IMG/VR virus record: IMGVR_UViG_3300042988_001700
Coordinates: 34,489 to 98,488 of that record
Length of the DNA: 64,000 bases
Source of the DNA: a virus
Strand: one strand, 5' to 3'
Positions 41,493 to 54,700 of the stretch are shown one piece after another; the first letter of the stretch is position 1; each line of letters starts with the position of its first letter. The notes under the pieces were generated by a model. That model was given only the letters and a program-made list of their open reading frames with translations. It did not search any database and was not told where the DNA came from. The translations under genes and the position numbers were made by a program.

Positions 41493-42560
41493 TTACTTCT
41501 TTGCCGCCAAGTCTTTTGCTGCGGTCAAAACATCGACGTACCAAGCAGACGGAACATCGATTAGTTTTTCAACCTTTGCATTAAGGCTTTGCGAGAATCC
41601 AACAATCCAATTGTACCATTCGATTGGGTCAACTTGTGCGCCGATCAATATTCCTTCGATTTCTTCTACCTGATGCGCAGATAACAAATCATTAAAATAT
41701 TGATAGTTGGCATTAAGCTTCAGGTCGATATACCGCTTCCCCGACTCAGAAGAAGGAACGTATGCCTCTATTTCCTTGCCGCGCTTTGTTGCGAGCATGC
41801 AAACTTTAGCATAATGCTTTTCCTGTATGTCCCACCAAGAAACGCCAAGCTCAGAGCTAATGAAAGAAAGAAATTTTTGAGTATCGACTTTTGCTGTTTC
41901 GAGAATCAAAAATAATCCCTTTGCCTGATCGCTGGTAATGCAACCAATTTTTTTCTGGTTTTCGTCGTCAAGCTTTTTGTCCTTCATGCGCTCTTTTGGT
42001 GGAGAAGGAATTTTGGGCTTGTCCTTTTTCGGTGGAATTGCGGCCTGACCGTTACTTGACGGAGGAGTACTTGCTGGCTGGCGTTGCTGGTTTGACTGAT
42101 TGTTAGGCTGGTCACGATTCCCCTCGTCGCGTTCGGGATCGTCAGTCGTAGGAACATTGAATATGTTCGATATCAGATACTTCTTTCCTCCGGTAATGGC
42201 TTTATAAATTGCCTTGTCAGCACGGTCCTGTCCCTCCCCGTAACCTATATAGTCCTCGAACTCTCCACTTTCATGGAGAAGGCGACCGGTTAGAGTAACA
42301 ACAACAACGTGCTCGTCTTTGTTGTTGGATGTTTTTCTGTCTGGAAGGCGCTCAACGTTTGCGACGTTAATGGTCAGTGCAAGTCCGTTACTGGCCATTG
42401 CCGGGCGAACAACTTCACAATAATCATGAAGTGTCGCATAGTCGTACTTGTCGTAATCGTTCGTCCCACTTTTCCCGGCAGAAGTACAAGCCGCTTGCGC
42501 TTTTGATATTGCACTATACAGCTTTTGCTTTGACGATTCATCCTGAAACATTTTATCCAT
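41493..42560 (-). CDS. ERF-family ssDNA annealing protein
   Basis: KSGTN...YDYATL...LLHESGE...DKAIYKAITGGKKY...F...DDP. Confidence 0.85.
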   Translation of the reverse strand: MDKMFQDESSKQKLYSAISKAQAACTSAGKSGTNDYDKYDYATLHDYCEVVRPAMASNGLALTINVANVERLPDRKTSNNKDEHVVVVTLTGRLLHESGEFEDYIGYGEGQDRADKAIYKAITGGKKYLISNIFNVPTTDDPERDEGNRDQPNNQSNQQRQPASTPPSSNGQAAIPPKKDKPKIPSPPKERMKDKKLDDENQKKIGCITSDQAKGLFLILETAKVDTQKFLSFISSELGVSWWDIQEKHYAKVCMLATKRGKEIEAYVPSSESGKRYIDLKLNANYQYFNDLLSAHQVEEIEGILIGAQVDPIEWYNWIVGFSQSLNAKVEKLIDVPSAWYVDVLTAAKDLAAKK

Positions 42561-42625
42561 AAAATTCCTTTCTTGTTGTTGATAAAATATAACTAATGGA
42601 AATTATAAATGCAAGATATTGTTGA

Positions 42626-43618
42626 TTAATATCCCGCCTGACCAACGCACGAAACGTTTCGGTTAAAATATGAACAAAATTTATTTCCACGGCAATACTC
42701 TTCGCAGCGTTTGTCGGTCCCCCGGCGTTTCTCCCACTTCCAAATCGCCTTTGGGTATTCCATTTTGGCCTTTGCAAGATACGTTGCCATACCATCAGTG
42801 TCGCCTTCATCGAATACCTTTGTAGCTTTTACGTTGTCGTTTTTTAACAATGCTACTGTTCCGGCGCTATACCACCGATCCTCTTCTGAGCACTCGGGAA
42901 GATTAGAATCAATCTTCTTTGACGCTTCGATGAATATTTTGGTTCTTTCAAGAATGTAATCCTTGCGGTCTTTGTCTGGCCAAACAGGAAGGTTCTTTTG
43001 AGCAATTGGTGTCGCGGGGTAATCTCCGCCTTCTGCGGCCTTGCGCTTGTCAAAGTCTTTAAAGAAGAAGCATACGCGACAGACTTCTACAGGAAACCCG
43101 GCAAGAGAAAGAGCGAATGCGCCTATGTTCAACTGGCGCTCTCTCGAAGGCTTAATTCCGTGAACCCATTCCCACGGTGATGTCCTTTTATAATCCTCTA
43201 TCGCCTTTTCTTCTGGATCGTAATGGTCGAATTTTACAGAGCAATAATACTTTTCCATTGAATACCACGGCTGGTCCTCAATTTTTGTTCCCGGCATTTT
43301 TTGATAAACAGCCCATTCTCCGCGATAAACAGGAACTTCGATATAGAAACGCTCTTCGCTTAGACGGTCGCTTCCCTTTGACTTGTTGCTCATTTCAATG
43401 GCATAGTGGACGGCGCTGCCATCGAGAAGCCATACGTTATCAAGAACGTCAATCGTTATTTCGGAATCGTGACGAGTTCTTAAAAAATATGGCCTTGGAG
43501 CGTCGATAATGGTCGTACAGGAAAAGATATTCGGCGGAGGAAGAGACAAGTCATAGTCGTCGAAAGTCAATGCGTCAACAACGGATTTTGACAATCCTGC
43601 TTTATTTGTAACATTCAT
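42626..43618 (-). CDS. PD-(D/E)xK (Cas4-like) exonuclease
   Basis: GSAVH, FD...EDYK, QLN, C-terminal RCEEYC...FC. Confidence 0.75.
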   Translation of the reverse strand: MNVTNKAGLSKSVVDALTFDDYDLSLPPPNIFSCTTIIDAPRPYFLRTRHDSEITIDVLDNVWLLDGSAVHYAIEMSNKSKGSDRLSEERFYIEVPVYRGEWAVYQKMPGTKIEDQPWYSMEKYYCSVKFDHYDPEEKAIEDYKRTSPWEWVHGIKPSRERQLNIGAFALSLAGFPVEVCRVCFFFKDFDKRKAAEGGDYPATPIAQKNLPVWPDKDRKDYILERTKIFIEASKKIDSNLPECSEEDRWYSAGTVALLKNDNVKATKVFDEGDTDGMATYLAKAKMEYPKAIWKWEKRRGTDKRCEEYCRGNKFCSYFNRNVSCVGQAGY

Positions 43619-43620
43619 AC

Positions 43621-44342
43621 CTAAATCTCCATATTACAGTTGTGGTTTTGAAATAACATAGCGGAATCGCATTGCTGGCAATGTCCTTTTGCCCAGAACG
43701 AAACCAGTTCATGCACGAAACTTTCTTGAGTATGTCTTGGGGAGCCAACATCCCTGGCAATGACGTTTCTCCTATCAACTATTTGATTAATTTCCCCAAG
43801 ATCAGCCTCGGTACACCTTACTTGAGACAAAGCAACCCCCTATACCTTTGTGGTTTTTGAATCCAATTCTCGACACTTCTCAAGAATTACACGAAAACAT
43901 TCGGAGTCATACGGTATTTTTGCAACAACCCTTGTTGCAGCCGAAAAATCACCGTGATCAAACATTCGAACGCTCAACGAAACGCTAAGCTCGTTTTCAA
44001 GAAATTTAAACTCCGAATCCGTCATCCCTGTAAACGCGGAAGCGCCAAACCCGTCTTCTCCATTTCGGTAGCTGGCATCGCACCCATAAGACATTGGCAC
44101 CTCACTCACACGAACCTCCTTTCCGATATAAGTTTTTACCTTCATATTATCCCTCACTTTCTATCTTTCTTATAATTTTTAAAACCATTCTCAGCGTTTC
44201 CATTTGAACGCCAAGCATACCAAACAAAACAGAATTTGCATCCTTGCCTTTTCCGTCATCCATAAAAGACTTCATGGCATCTCTTGATTTATTCATATCA
44301 ACAAGCATTCCAATTATCTCTTTTTTGATTTTTTCAATCATA
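43621..44342 (-). CDS. three small hypothetical genes
   Basis: tandem ORFs behind a promoter-like site at ~44386-44414. Confidence 0.45.
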
Positions 44343-44514
44343 TATCCACCGATAGTTGATTTGACAAAAACACCAATATGCACTTAAAATACATAATTGC
44401 AACACTGTTGTCAACAAAAAAAATACAAACAATATTATTAAAAACAAGCTATATTACGAAAAAGGGGAAGACTGTGCTTCCCCCTACCCAACAAGAGCAA
44501 CGAATAGAATGGCG

Positions 44515-45348
44515 CTATTCGTTTGCTTTTGTAATTTTCATCTTATTTACTATCATTTTAATTGCTGCCGCAGTCATTGAGGCAAGAAGGCACCCAGCGA
44601 TTGCAGCGACTGCCTTTTCGGTATCTCCCGGCATTCCTTCCATTGCTTTTATTAAAAACTCGTAGGCTGCGTAACCAACCGCTGTCGATATTCCGCCAAG
44701 TGTAGCGCCGTCAATTCCCTTTTTCATATTGATAAGCGGATCGAATTCGGGCGGAATGTTCTTTGCTGCCATTATAAGGTCTGTTTTTGCCGCCTGATTA
44801 AGCCCTAGCCCTGGGCAAGCATTTTCAAGCACGGCATCAACTTTGGCCTCGGCAACTTCTTTTTTAGTAGGCATACCATCTCCTTGTAAGTAATCGCGGA
44901 TTGTAAGGGTTCCACGTTCACCCGTAGTAATGAATGAGATCATCTTGTCAAATTCTTCTTTATGTGAAGTTAGACACCCGCTGCTCCCGCGCCATTCAGG
45001 ATTTTTTGATCCGAATCCGCCGACGTGCCAAAAAACTTCGCTTATGATAAATTGGTTCTTATGGTTCGAATTTTTAATCCTTGATAAAATAGCTTCTCCG
45101 CCATTGATAAGTAAACACTTTTTGTATTTTGGGTGCTCAACACACGTCCAATTATACTCGCCCGGAGCAACCCAACCATACGCTTGCGCCCACGGGGTAA
45201 GGCTTTTTGGCTTAAATGGATTCGGGCAAGTTGAACAGTGCCCGGAATCGAGAATGGACCCGTCGCTTTCCGACATGACAAAATGGTCTGCGTATCCGTA
45301 TTTCGGCATAACCGGGGTGGAACAGACGGTAATTTTTATTGATTTCAT
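44515..45348 (-). CDS. L,D-transpeptidase-like peptidoglycan enzyme with C-terminal membrane region (lysis candidate)
   Basis: FWHVGG...RGSSGCL (H...SxGC); two hydrophobic helices at the C-terminus. Confidence 0.55.
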   Translation of the reverse strand: MKSIKITVCSTPVMPKYGYADHFVMSESDGSILDSGHCSTCPNPFKPKSLTPWAQAYGWVAPGEYNWTCVEHPKYKKCLLINGGEAILSRIKNSNHKNQFIISEVFWHVGGFGSKNPEWRGSSGCLTSHKEEFDKMISFITTGERGTLTIRDYLQGDGMPTKKEVAEAKVDAVLENACPGLGLNQAAKTDLIMAAKNIPPEFDPLINMKKGIDGATLGGISTAVGYAAYEFLIKAMEGMPGDTEKAVAAIAGCLLASMTAAAIKMIVNKMKITKANE

Positions 45349-45761
45349 TATGGCATCCTCGCATTGATACTTTTGATGTCACCTTCGACGGCACCAACGC
45401 GCTCTTCAACCTGCCTTACGCGATCAAACGTTTCGTCGAAGTATTTGTCGGTACGATTGGCCAATTCTGCAACGGCGGTAATACTTGATCTTTGAAGTAT
45501 TACCATCTCGGTTGTTTTCTGCATCAGATCAGCATGGCTACTACAGGGAACATTGCACGACGCCGATTCTTTTAGCAACGCACGCATTTTTTCAACGTCA
45601 ATAGACTCTTTTGAAGAATCCTTTTTGGTTCCAGCGCTAATTATAGCAGATATCTTTTGGACTGTCTCTATAGTTAGCTTTACACCGAAGACAATGCCGA
45701 CAACCATTAGGCCCGTTCCAGCGAAGTCACTAGCGAGTGGTGTTGTAAGAATTGGGTCCAT
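45348..45761 (-). CDS. holin-like single-TM protein with coiled coil
   Basis: N-terminal TM helix; upstream of the lysis candidate. Confidence 0.45.
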   Translation of the reverse strand: MDPILTTPLASDFAGTGLMVVGIVFGVKLTIETVQKISAIISAGTKKDSSKESIDVEKMRALLKESASCNVPCSSHADLMQKTTEMVILQRSSITAVAELANRTDKYFDETFDRVRQVEERVGAVEGDIKSINARMP

Positions 45762-45763
45762 CT

Positions 45764-48700
45764 TTAATTATTCCTCCCCTTGTATGTTAAATTGTACCAT
45801 GCGTTTGCTCTTCCGAGCTGTCTTAACTCGCGCGGAGCCAGGGAAGCTATAAAGTGGTTCCTGTATTTGTCCGGCAACGCGGCTAAAGGATCTGCGTTTC
45901 GAATGCTTGTGCTTATGCCATCTATCGTACCTCCTGCTTTAAGGTATTCTTTAAGCCAACGTATAGCTGACTTCTGGTCTTTATACACTATCGATTTCTT
46001 ATAATAATATAGTGCATTCGCCTTGTTTGTTGGGTCATTTTGATTGACTTCATACTTGTTGTCGTCAAGGAATTTATAAACCTTTGATTTTATCTCCTGA
46101 TAAGCCGCTTCGCCGGGATCTGTGATATAAACAACGGCAGTCGGAATACTGTTGATAAAACCCTTGCTTGGTTTTCCGGCAAGATACCTATACGGGATAT
46201 CCATAGCCATCGTTCTCGCAACATTCTCCCATGGATCTCGTATCGGGGAAGGATTAAAAACATTCGGGTAAAAAGATTTCTTTGTCAATAACTCAACGGG
46301 AGACTTGATCATTGGCGTCAAAGATGTCCCGATTCTCTGGAATGGGGCAACCGCCGCCTCTTTGATCATATCAGAAAACTTCTTGGAGCCGCTTGCAAGG
46401 TCCGAAACGTCATAGGGCAGGTCTTCTAAGCCTATCCACGAAAGCGCGTCAGAAAGCGCCCCTTGGAATCTTAAGGAGGCAATTGTCCCATCGCTTCTTC
46501 GTGACGTCAAATTTCCGTTCGCCAGCTCTTCGATATTCGGCAATAACAAGTGCGCTTGCCGTCTCCGCTGCATAAGCTCTTCTTTTTCGTCATCCGGGAA
46601 TAATTGATTCCAAAGCATGACCGCTGCATACAGAGCGCCAGCTTTAACCATAAGCATTGCCGAAGAGAATGCGGCGTTCTTCCCAAGAATTGCTGCGCTC
46701 GTAAGACCAAGTTTCGCGGTCCTGGCTGCACGGGTTTTTGAATCACGGTCCCCTTCGTGCGGAGCGTTTTGCATTAGGCGATAGTATCTTGGTGCGTTTA
46801 TTTCAAGCCAGCTATAAAACGGAATTAGGTACCTTCTAAGCCACTGGCCGCCTTTCGATATGTTGCCGTAGTCTCCAATAAGCTCACGCGCCAGCTTTGC
46901 CGCCTTGTCATCTTGGTCTGTGATTTTTTCTATCGCCAGCCTGTTGGATGCGCCGAACGTAGTATCGGGATACTTCTTGAGATGATCGACAAAAAATCTA
47001 TAAGCAGCAAGCCTCAAAATATTTTCTCTCCATTGAGTGAAATTCTTGGTTGTCTGCCAATATCTTTCGATCATACCGACTTTTTCTCCCGAGAGAATCT
47101 TAAGGAACATGTCTTTGTTCAAATCAGTTATCTCGCTAACCGAAAGCCCGGAACTTATTACGCCTTTTTTGATAAGTTTCAACATTTCTTCTGTCGGTGC
47201 TTTCCCCTTAAGATTGTAACCCCAAAGGTCTTTTGCTGCTTTTTGAGCATAGGCCATTATTTTTGGGTCATAAGCCATAGCGATATCCAAATCCCCAGAC
47301 ATATTATTGATATTGTACTTAATAACACTCGGAGGATTGAGAAGTCTCCAAATTTTCCAAGAATTTTGGATTTTTTGAAGTGCTTTCGCTATAAAATTGT
47401 CAATCGGGAAATCAACAACCTTGTCAAGCGTAGCTGCAAGTTCTGACGGCAATGCCCACGATTGGCGTTTTCTCAGGGCAAGCAATGTCTGAAGATCCTG
47501 TTCCTCTACAACCTGGCTCCCATTTTGATCTATTTGAGAAGCAATTTTGTCAGGAATAGTTGTCGCTTCGTACATTCCAAACCCTCTCTTTGGCTGCCAT
47601 TCGACATATCCTTCAGGTAAAATGTCCTGCCATTTCTTAAATTGTGCGCCGGTGGTAGATTTAATCAACTCTTTTCTTTGGCTAATTGCCTTGAATATCA
47701 TTCCGGCGTACTGTGAACCATCAAGCCCCTTGTCCATTAAATAAGAAAGAAATTCCCACCAATCCTCGTCAGATCCGGCAGTGGAATCGACATCCATTTC
47801 AACGCCACTTTTTTTAGAGAAGTATCCGCTTGACAACTTCTCTATAATCAAACTGTATTCTGGTGCATCTATTTCATCCTTTGATGCCATTTTTTCAAGC
47901 TGACTAACAGCAATGGCAATACTTTTTCGATACGGCATAAATGGATCGAACATGTCGTAGTCGGGCGATTTTTCGTCTATTCCGGCTGCCTTTGCCAATC
48001 TCTTCTTTGTAAGTTCATTATTCATTTCAGTAGCATCTTGCTTCAGTTGGCCAGATATATCTGCCACCATTTTCATCTTTTTGAGAGAATCTGCCGCTTC
48101 GAGCAATGCTATTCCTTGGGCAACAACCTCAAATTCAGATTCGGTATATTTCGTGTTGTACGGCTTATCGTATCCAACGCGACCGTTCTGCCAACCTTTT
48201 CTTTTGGTCCTGAAGTCAGAAGAAGTGGTTCCAGTTGTAAGATATTCCTTTGTTTCCATAGCTTCAATAACTTGGTGGTGGAAATATCTATCATCCTTTA
48301 ATACGTCTTCATGCAAGAATTTCTCTCTAACTAAAGATTCCCTCAAGTCCCTCATAAATCGATTTCTTAAATCAAGAGCATTAGAAATATCCGGATTAAG
48401 AGCAGCAAGCCGCATAGCCTCTTTATTATCAGCCTTGACATCGTCAATGCTTTGGTATCCAAACGGAAGCTTCTTTGGTGTTCCGTCAGGAAATGTATAT
48501 AATCCGGATTCGATGTCTTTCAGAAGATCGGGTAGTATTATGTTTCTTTCGAAAACAATCTGCTTTTTAGGACCCATCCCGGCGATAATGCCTTTTACCA
48601 CATTGTATGCACTCGCCTTTGAGAATTCTGGAACAGACTCAAAGTGCCTTAAAATATCTATCTCTCGCGCAAAAACAACCGGGTCAAGAAGAGGATAGTG

Positions 48701-51700
48701 GCGTGTCATATCGTTTTTGGCAGTCGTAATAGCCGCCATTGTTTTAGCGTAAATGGTATTCAGGTTCTTTTGGAGACCACGGGATTCATTCATTATTTTG
48801 TCAACGTTTTCGTCAACCGACTTGAACCCGCCACCTTTGATATTATATTTGGCTCTCGGTTCCCACAATTGAGGGGTATTTTTAATGTTTTTAATTGACT
48901 CACCATTATTAGTGCTCGATCCACGCGCATCTCCAAAACCCAAAACACCAATTTTTCGAGCGCTATCATAAGATCCGTCTTTATAAACATAAACAATGTC
49001 ATGTGTTATATCATATTCCGGTTCAGAAGACGACCGAGTGCTTTTAATTATTCTCGAACCAGTCATAAAAATTTTTCTATCATCGGTTGCAATAACTGCC
49101 CAAGTCCCACCAGATTCTCTTACTCTCTGATAGACTCTGCTTGGAGCTAATTGCTCTATTCCTTTTATTGGATACCAAGCTACAACCATATTTTGATTGT
49201 CTAAAACAAGAAGACTTGTATGGTTTTCTCCCTGAAAAGTATCGCGTGTTAAGTTGGCAACGTCGATAGCCTGTCTTATTTGTGGTCGATTTCTTGTCGC
49301 TTCGTTAAAGTCTTCTTTTGGTATATCAAAACTTATTGTTTGAGCAGTAGGTAATCCTCTGTGATCAATTTCTTCACCAATAAACAAGAATCTGTCATGA
49401 TCAAGAACAACATGCCCAGAAAAACCGGGAATATTATTTATAAAATATTTTGTTATAAACTTGTCGGGATCGCTTGCTTCCATTCTACCTGACGGGTGAT
49501 TATGAACAATGAAATACTTTGTTGCTCCAAGTCTTTCCATTCTATTTTTTATAATGTAATTATTTGCAGAAAGACCAGTTCTGGTTCCTACTACAGAACT
49601 ATTTGTCAAACCAGAAGACATTGCGTTATGCGCAAGAATTTTACCGTTATCATCAGTATAAATAATGTGGAAATGCTCAATTCTTGGATGGCGGAACACA
49701 GAAAACATATTGGCAAGTTCGGTCGCATTATTTATTACCCTGCCGCGAAAATCGATTCTTCTATGTTTCTTCCAATCCCCGCGAACAGTTGTTGCGCCAG
49801 CCTTACCGAGAACAGGAGAAATAGGCGATTTAGAAAATTGGTTTTCTATTTCAGTATTTGCTTTTTCAACTTCCTCTTTCGACCCAAACACTATTTCAGT
49901 ATCATTTTTCGACATCGGGGTTCCAAAATCCAACTCTGTTTGCACACCCCAATCTTTCAAGAACTCCCTTTGTTCGAACAGCGATTGCCCATTATAAACA
50001 ACGTCATTTTTAACGGCGTCATTAATGGCTATCGATTGCTGCGAAACGCCAGTGCCGATATTGATATTCTCAACCTTCAAACCCCACGGCTTTCCGTACT
50101 TTTCGTAAAACTGAGAAATCTTTTTATCATAAAGATTATAAGCCCAATCTCCACCGACACTAAGGCTTTCGCCGTCCAGCCTTGTCCAATCCCTGTATGC
50201 TTTATCTTTTACTTTTGTGCCTTCCGAATTAAATATTCTTTTTGAGATATCTTTTCCAAGAAGACGAGACACCTCTTCAATGCTTAAATCCTCTTTATAA
50301 ATGCCGTCGTTTTCGTCTATGTGTGGTGCATCGATATTATAGGTTTCATCGTCGTTCTTTTCCCAATCGATATATTTTACCTGCTTTTGCAAGTCATATC
50401 TATCTGCTGTCTGCCTTCCAGTTATCCACGAAACTTTGTCGTATCCATTTTCGGATGCGTAACGCAATGCAAATTTGAGAACAACGTCCATCCAGTTATT
50501 TGCGAATGGCATAGGAAGAACACCTGGGCCATAAGACTTTTTGAATTTTTCAATAGCCTCTTCTCGCGTATCTCCAGTTACAAAATCAATACCAGATATA
50601 CCGGCTCTCCACTTATCTCCAGACTGAAACACCCTATCGGGAACTCTATTTGTTGCTGCCACATTCCCTTCGCGCAATTCTTGGGACCATTTTGACTGTA
50701 TTTCCTCAAGGAAGAGAACTTTGTTTCCTTCGCTATCGGTTCTATCGTCCATGCGAATGTGGGCATAAACGTTTTTTCCGAGACCATGTGGTTCATCGTA
50801 TTCAGCAAACATTCCAAATGTGTCTTCTGGCAACGAAAGAGTAACTTCTTTATAATTTTGATATCCCGGCAATGTTAGATCGTCGTATTTGTTGGGGCCA
50901 TATTTCGTTTTTCTTGGTTCATATTTATCGTACCATTCTTGTGCAAATTTTTTTGCAGCATTAACATCAGATTCATTCTGTATAAATTCTTTATTATAAT
51001 AAATAGCAAAAGAATCTTCCAATTGCCCAATCTTTCTGATTTTTATACTCAAATTTGTGTTCGAGTAAATAATAGGGCCACTAAGTTTATTTGGTTCTTC
51101 CCATTCTATTTTTGGTATATCATAATCATTAACGGCTATTTTAGAATCAATCATGTTTCCGCTGATGAATTTAATTATTTCGTCTTTTGTGACCGATTCT
51201 TTTCCTGAAAACTCTTGAGACAATCCAATCCAATCAACCTCCGCTTTTTTTACTCCGGGCTGATTGAGAATCATAGCGACAAGCTGACTTCCAGTTCCCT
51301 TTTCCTGTTTTAAGTCTTGTGCTGCACGGAGTAGGGGAGAATAAAAATAAGGAACGGCAGACCGATACTCTTCGACCGAAGCGTATTTTTTAATCTTTTC
51401 AGGATATTTTGCGGGAAGCTTTTCGCGCATTTTGTTTAGTCTATCACCAACGTCACGCGGATCTCGCGTATAGAACGTTCCAGTCGTAACTGGATCGGAA
51501 AAAGACAAAGCAACAACCCGGTCAGCTATTCCAAGCTGGGGGCCATCAAAATGTATTCCGTATTTGTCGGCTGCTTGCTTTGCCTGTTCAATAAGACCCT
51601 TGTCAAGCTCGCTAAACTTTCCTTCTTCTGAAGCCATCTTTTCTGCGCGGTCTTCTTCGTAATCAACAATATCGCCATAAGGACTTCCCGGCTCGAACAT

Positions 51701-54700
51701 AACACCATTTTGATTCAAGAATCCTTTAATATCCTCTTTCGATACGGTCTCGTCGCCTTTGCTGGAAAGATAATCTGAAAGTCCAGTGAATTTCATTTCA
51801 TCCATTTTTGTTCCGCGACCGCTTGAAGGATCGAGCATCTTGAGCCACTGGCTTGCGGGAGCCTTTGGCATATCGATAGAATTGACTGCTTGCATAGCAT
51901 TGCTATACAATGATTCTCTTGCGCCATAAGAAGCGCCAGGTTCTCTGAACATGTTGGCGGTATCGGTTGAATATTCGCCACTATTATTTGTAGCCGACTT
52001 TATTTGTTTTGGATTAAAAGCAATATAGACATCTGACAACGGGGCACGCTTGGTATCTGTGTAAGTGTCTTTTGTGTTTCTGATTATTATTCCGTCATAA
52101 CCATTTTCTTTTGCAAATTCAATCTGTTCTCTTTGAGCCTTCGGACCCCCGCGCTTTCCCCACTCAACGCCGCCAGCGTCAATAACCATTGGGTTCTTAA
52201 GCGAAAGATATACTCCAAATACACTTGGCTCTGCGTTTTGATAATCAAAAGCCATTTTGTCATTAGCGTATGTTCTGGCAGTATTGTTGTGGTTTGTAAA
52301 AAAATACGCTCTTTCTTTTAATGTATTAGTCTGTCCTTCGGGAGAAAGAGTGTCAAAATATTGTTCTTTAGCGGTTTTAAACACCCCGTTTTGTTTTACG
52401 TCTCTTGCGTCAGGAGTTCCGTGATAAACAACCAGCGGCATGCCTAAATCATCAACGACTTTACTTGCTGTTTCCGAATTTGATTCCCAATCGCCAAACC
52501 ATTTTTTAAACTCTGTTGATTGAATATCTCCGCCATAAGAAGCGCCAGGCTCAAACAGGCTCAACTGTTCTGTTCCGCCAACTATTCCGGCACCACCTTC
52601 GAACATAGGAAGGCCAGTAACGTCTGGCGATCCACCGATACGCTTTTCGTTTTTCTTTCGAATCTCAGCGGCAATAGCTTTTTGAACAGGGGTTCGCTTA
52701 TCCTCAAAACCAGTTCCAGAGAATAAGTCACCGGTTTCGTACTTTGATTTTGGCTCCTCCGTAATTAGATCGTCGTTGACTAACCCTTGATACGGGCTAA
52801 TCATTTTTATCGTTGCGCCAATTTGAGGAAGGCTATCGTCAATGAACTTGTTGACATTGTCCTTTGCCTTATTTGATGATGACGACGGCGCGTCGGTAGC
52901 AGTAAGGTCCTTGACTGCCTTATGGACAAGAATCATTTCTTTGATAGAATTAATTCCAGCTTCGTCTTCGAATGGAATAAACCATTTTTTATTCCAGCTA
53001 CTAATGTATTCGCTAAACGCCCCGTATCTTTTGAGTTCGTCAAGATTAGGAGACCATAAATTTCTAAGCTCAATACGCGGCTGGTTGTGAACGTTAACCG
53101 GCGCTATTTGCCATCCGTTATCAAGCTCAACTATTCCATGGTCGTACTTCACAAGATTAAACAGCTCTACTGCCGACAATTGCGAGAAAGAATTCCCAAT
53201 ACCAAGCCTTAACTTTATACCGGCAATTTGTTTCTGTTTAAGGCTTATGCCAAGATATGTTTCGTTATCTCCAGTTGTTGCCTGAACAACGGTCTGTTTT
53301 TCGTGAGAAGCAAAAGCAGAATCGTTGTCAATTTTTTTAGGATAAATCTTATCGTAAATTGGATAAATAATCCCGGTAAGAATAGTATGCTTTTCCGTTG
53401 TGTATTCAGGAATTTCACTTAGTTCCTTTTCCCAAAGAACCTCCGCGTCTCCGCGATTAACTTCCATGAGACCATGATTAAACTCTTCGTTATCCAGACT
53501 ATGTCTTATTCCCTTTGGATTCGTTAGCTGATATACTTCTTTCTCTATTCCATTTGTAGTAATTTTTACCGTAATAACAGAGTATATTCTTTTGCTTTTA
53601 ACGTTCTGATAATATCCAACCCAATAATCAGTGAAGTCTTGAATATGAGAAACCTCGAACGACAATTTATTGCTTGGAACCTCACCGGCCAAGTATACCA
53701 AGTGCGTTTTTGCCTTCGAAATTGGATCTACATAAATCAATTCGGCAGGCTTGTCTATTCTAAGGTTCTTTGCACGTATCTTTTGAACACCAGAATCGAA
53801 ATTTCCCTTTGCTTTAGCGTTTGCAATATTCTCTTGGTATTTTTCATAAAACTTTTCAAACACTTCATTTTGGCGGCCAATTGGAAGAACGAGTATTCTA
53901 TTAAGAAATTTATCTACAGTTACGTCTTCTTTCGCCTCTCCCTTTTTGTTTAACAAACCCATTTCGGCAAGCGATTTTCTTGAAAGTCCAGTAATGACGC
54001 TTTGTAATGCGTTTTCTCCGTATTCGTCGGTAAGATCCTCTATTGAGAACATTCCACCACCAAGAGACTCTCTGTTCCCGCTGGTCATAGCGCCAAGGCT
54101 GGCAAGCCTACGAGACACTGCATTAACAAGTCTTTCTTGTCCCTTGATATCTGTTTTAACCAGCTTAATAATCGGCGGGACTTCTTGGTTTGATCTATGA
54201 ACCCTACCAAAAACCTGCATCTGAGTGTCTGCCGACCATGATAATTGCATTGCGTAAAATACGCGCTGCTGCTTATTTTCTGCCTTTTTATCGGAATGAA
54301 GCGATATCCCGGTGGATGCCGCTGCCGATATGATTGCTACACGCTTCTTTCCGCTCTGAAACTGCTTAGTTTCGTACTCGTTGACATCCTTCGACGTTCC
54401 ATTCTCGTTTATTCTTCTGACATATTTTTGGTTTTTACCAACACCTTCAAGCCTCATTTTCCTTCCGGATATTTCAGCAATATTATCGGCACCAAAAGCA
54501 TTGACAATCCTATCAAAAGGATTCGGAGGAAGGTTCAAGTTTGAAATAATCTCAAGAAGTCTTTGCTGTTCCTGAAAGTTTTCTCTGTTTATTACCGGTT
54601 CCCCTTGCGCGTCAAGCTCCATAACTGTTTCGTCTTTGCCGGTAACAATGTTCTTTTGTGTTACATATTGATATATCGGAAAACTTGTTTTTACCATGCT

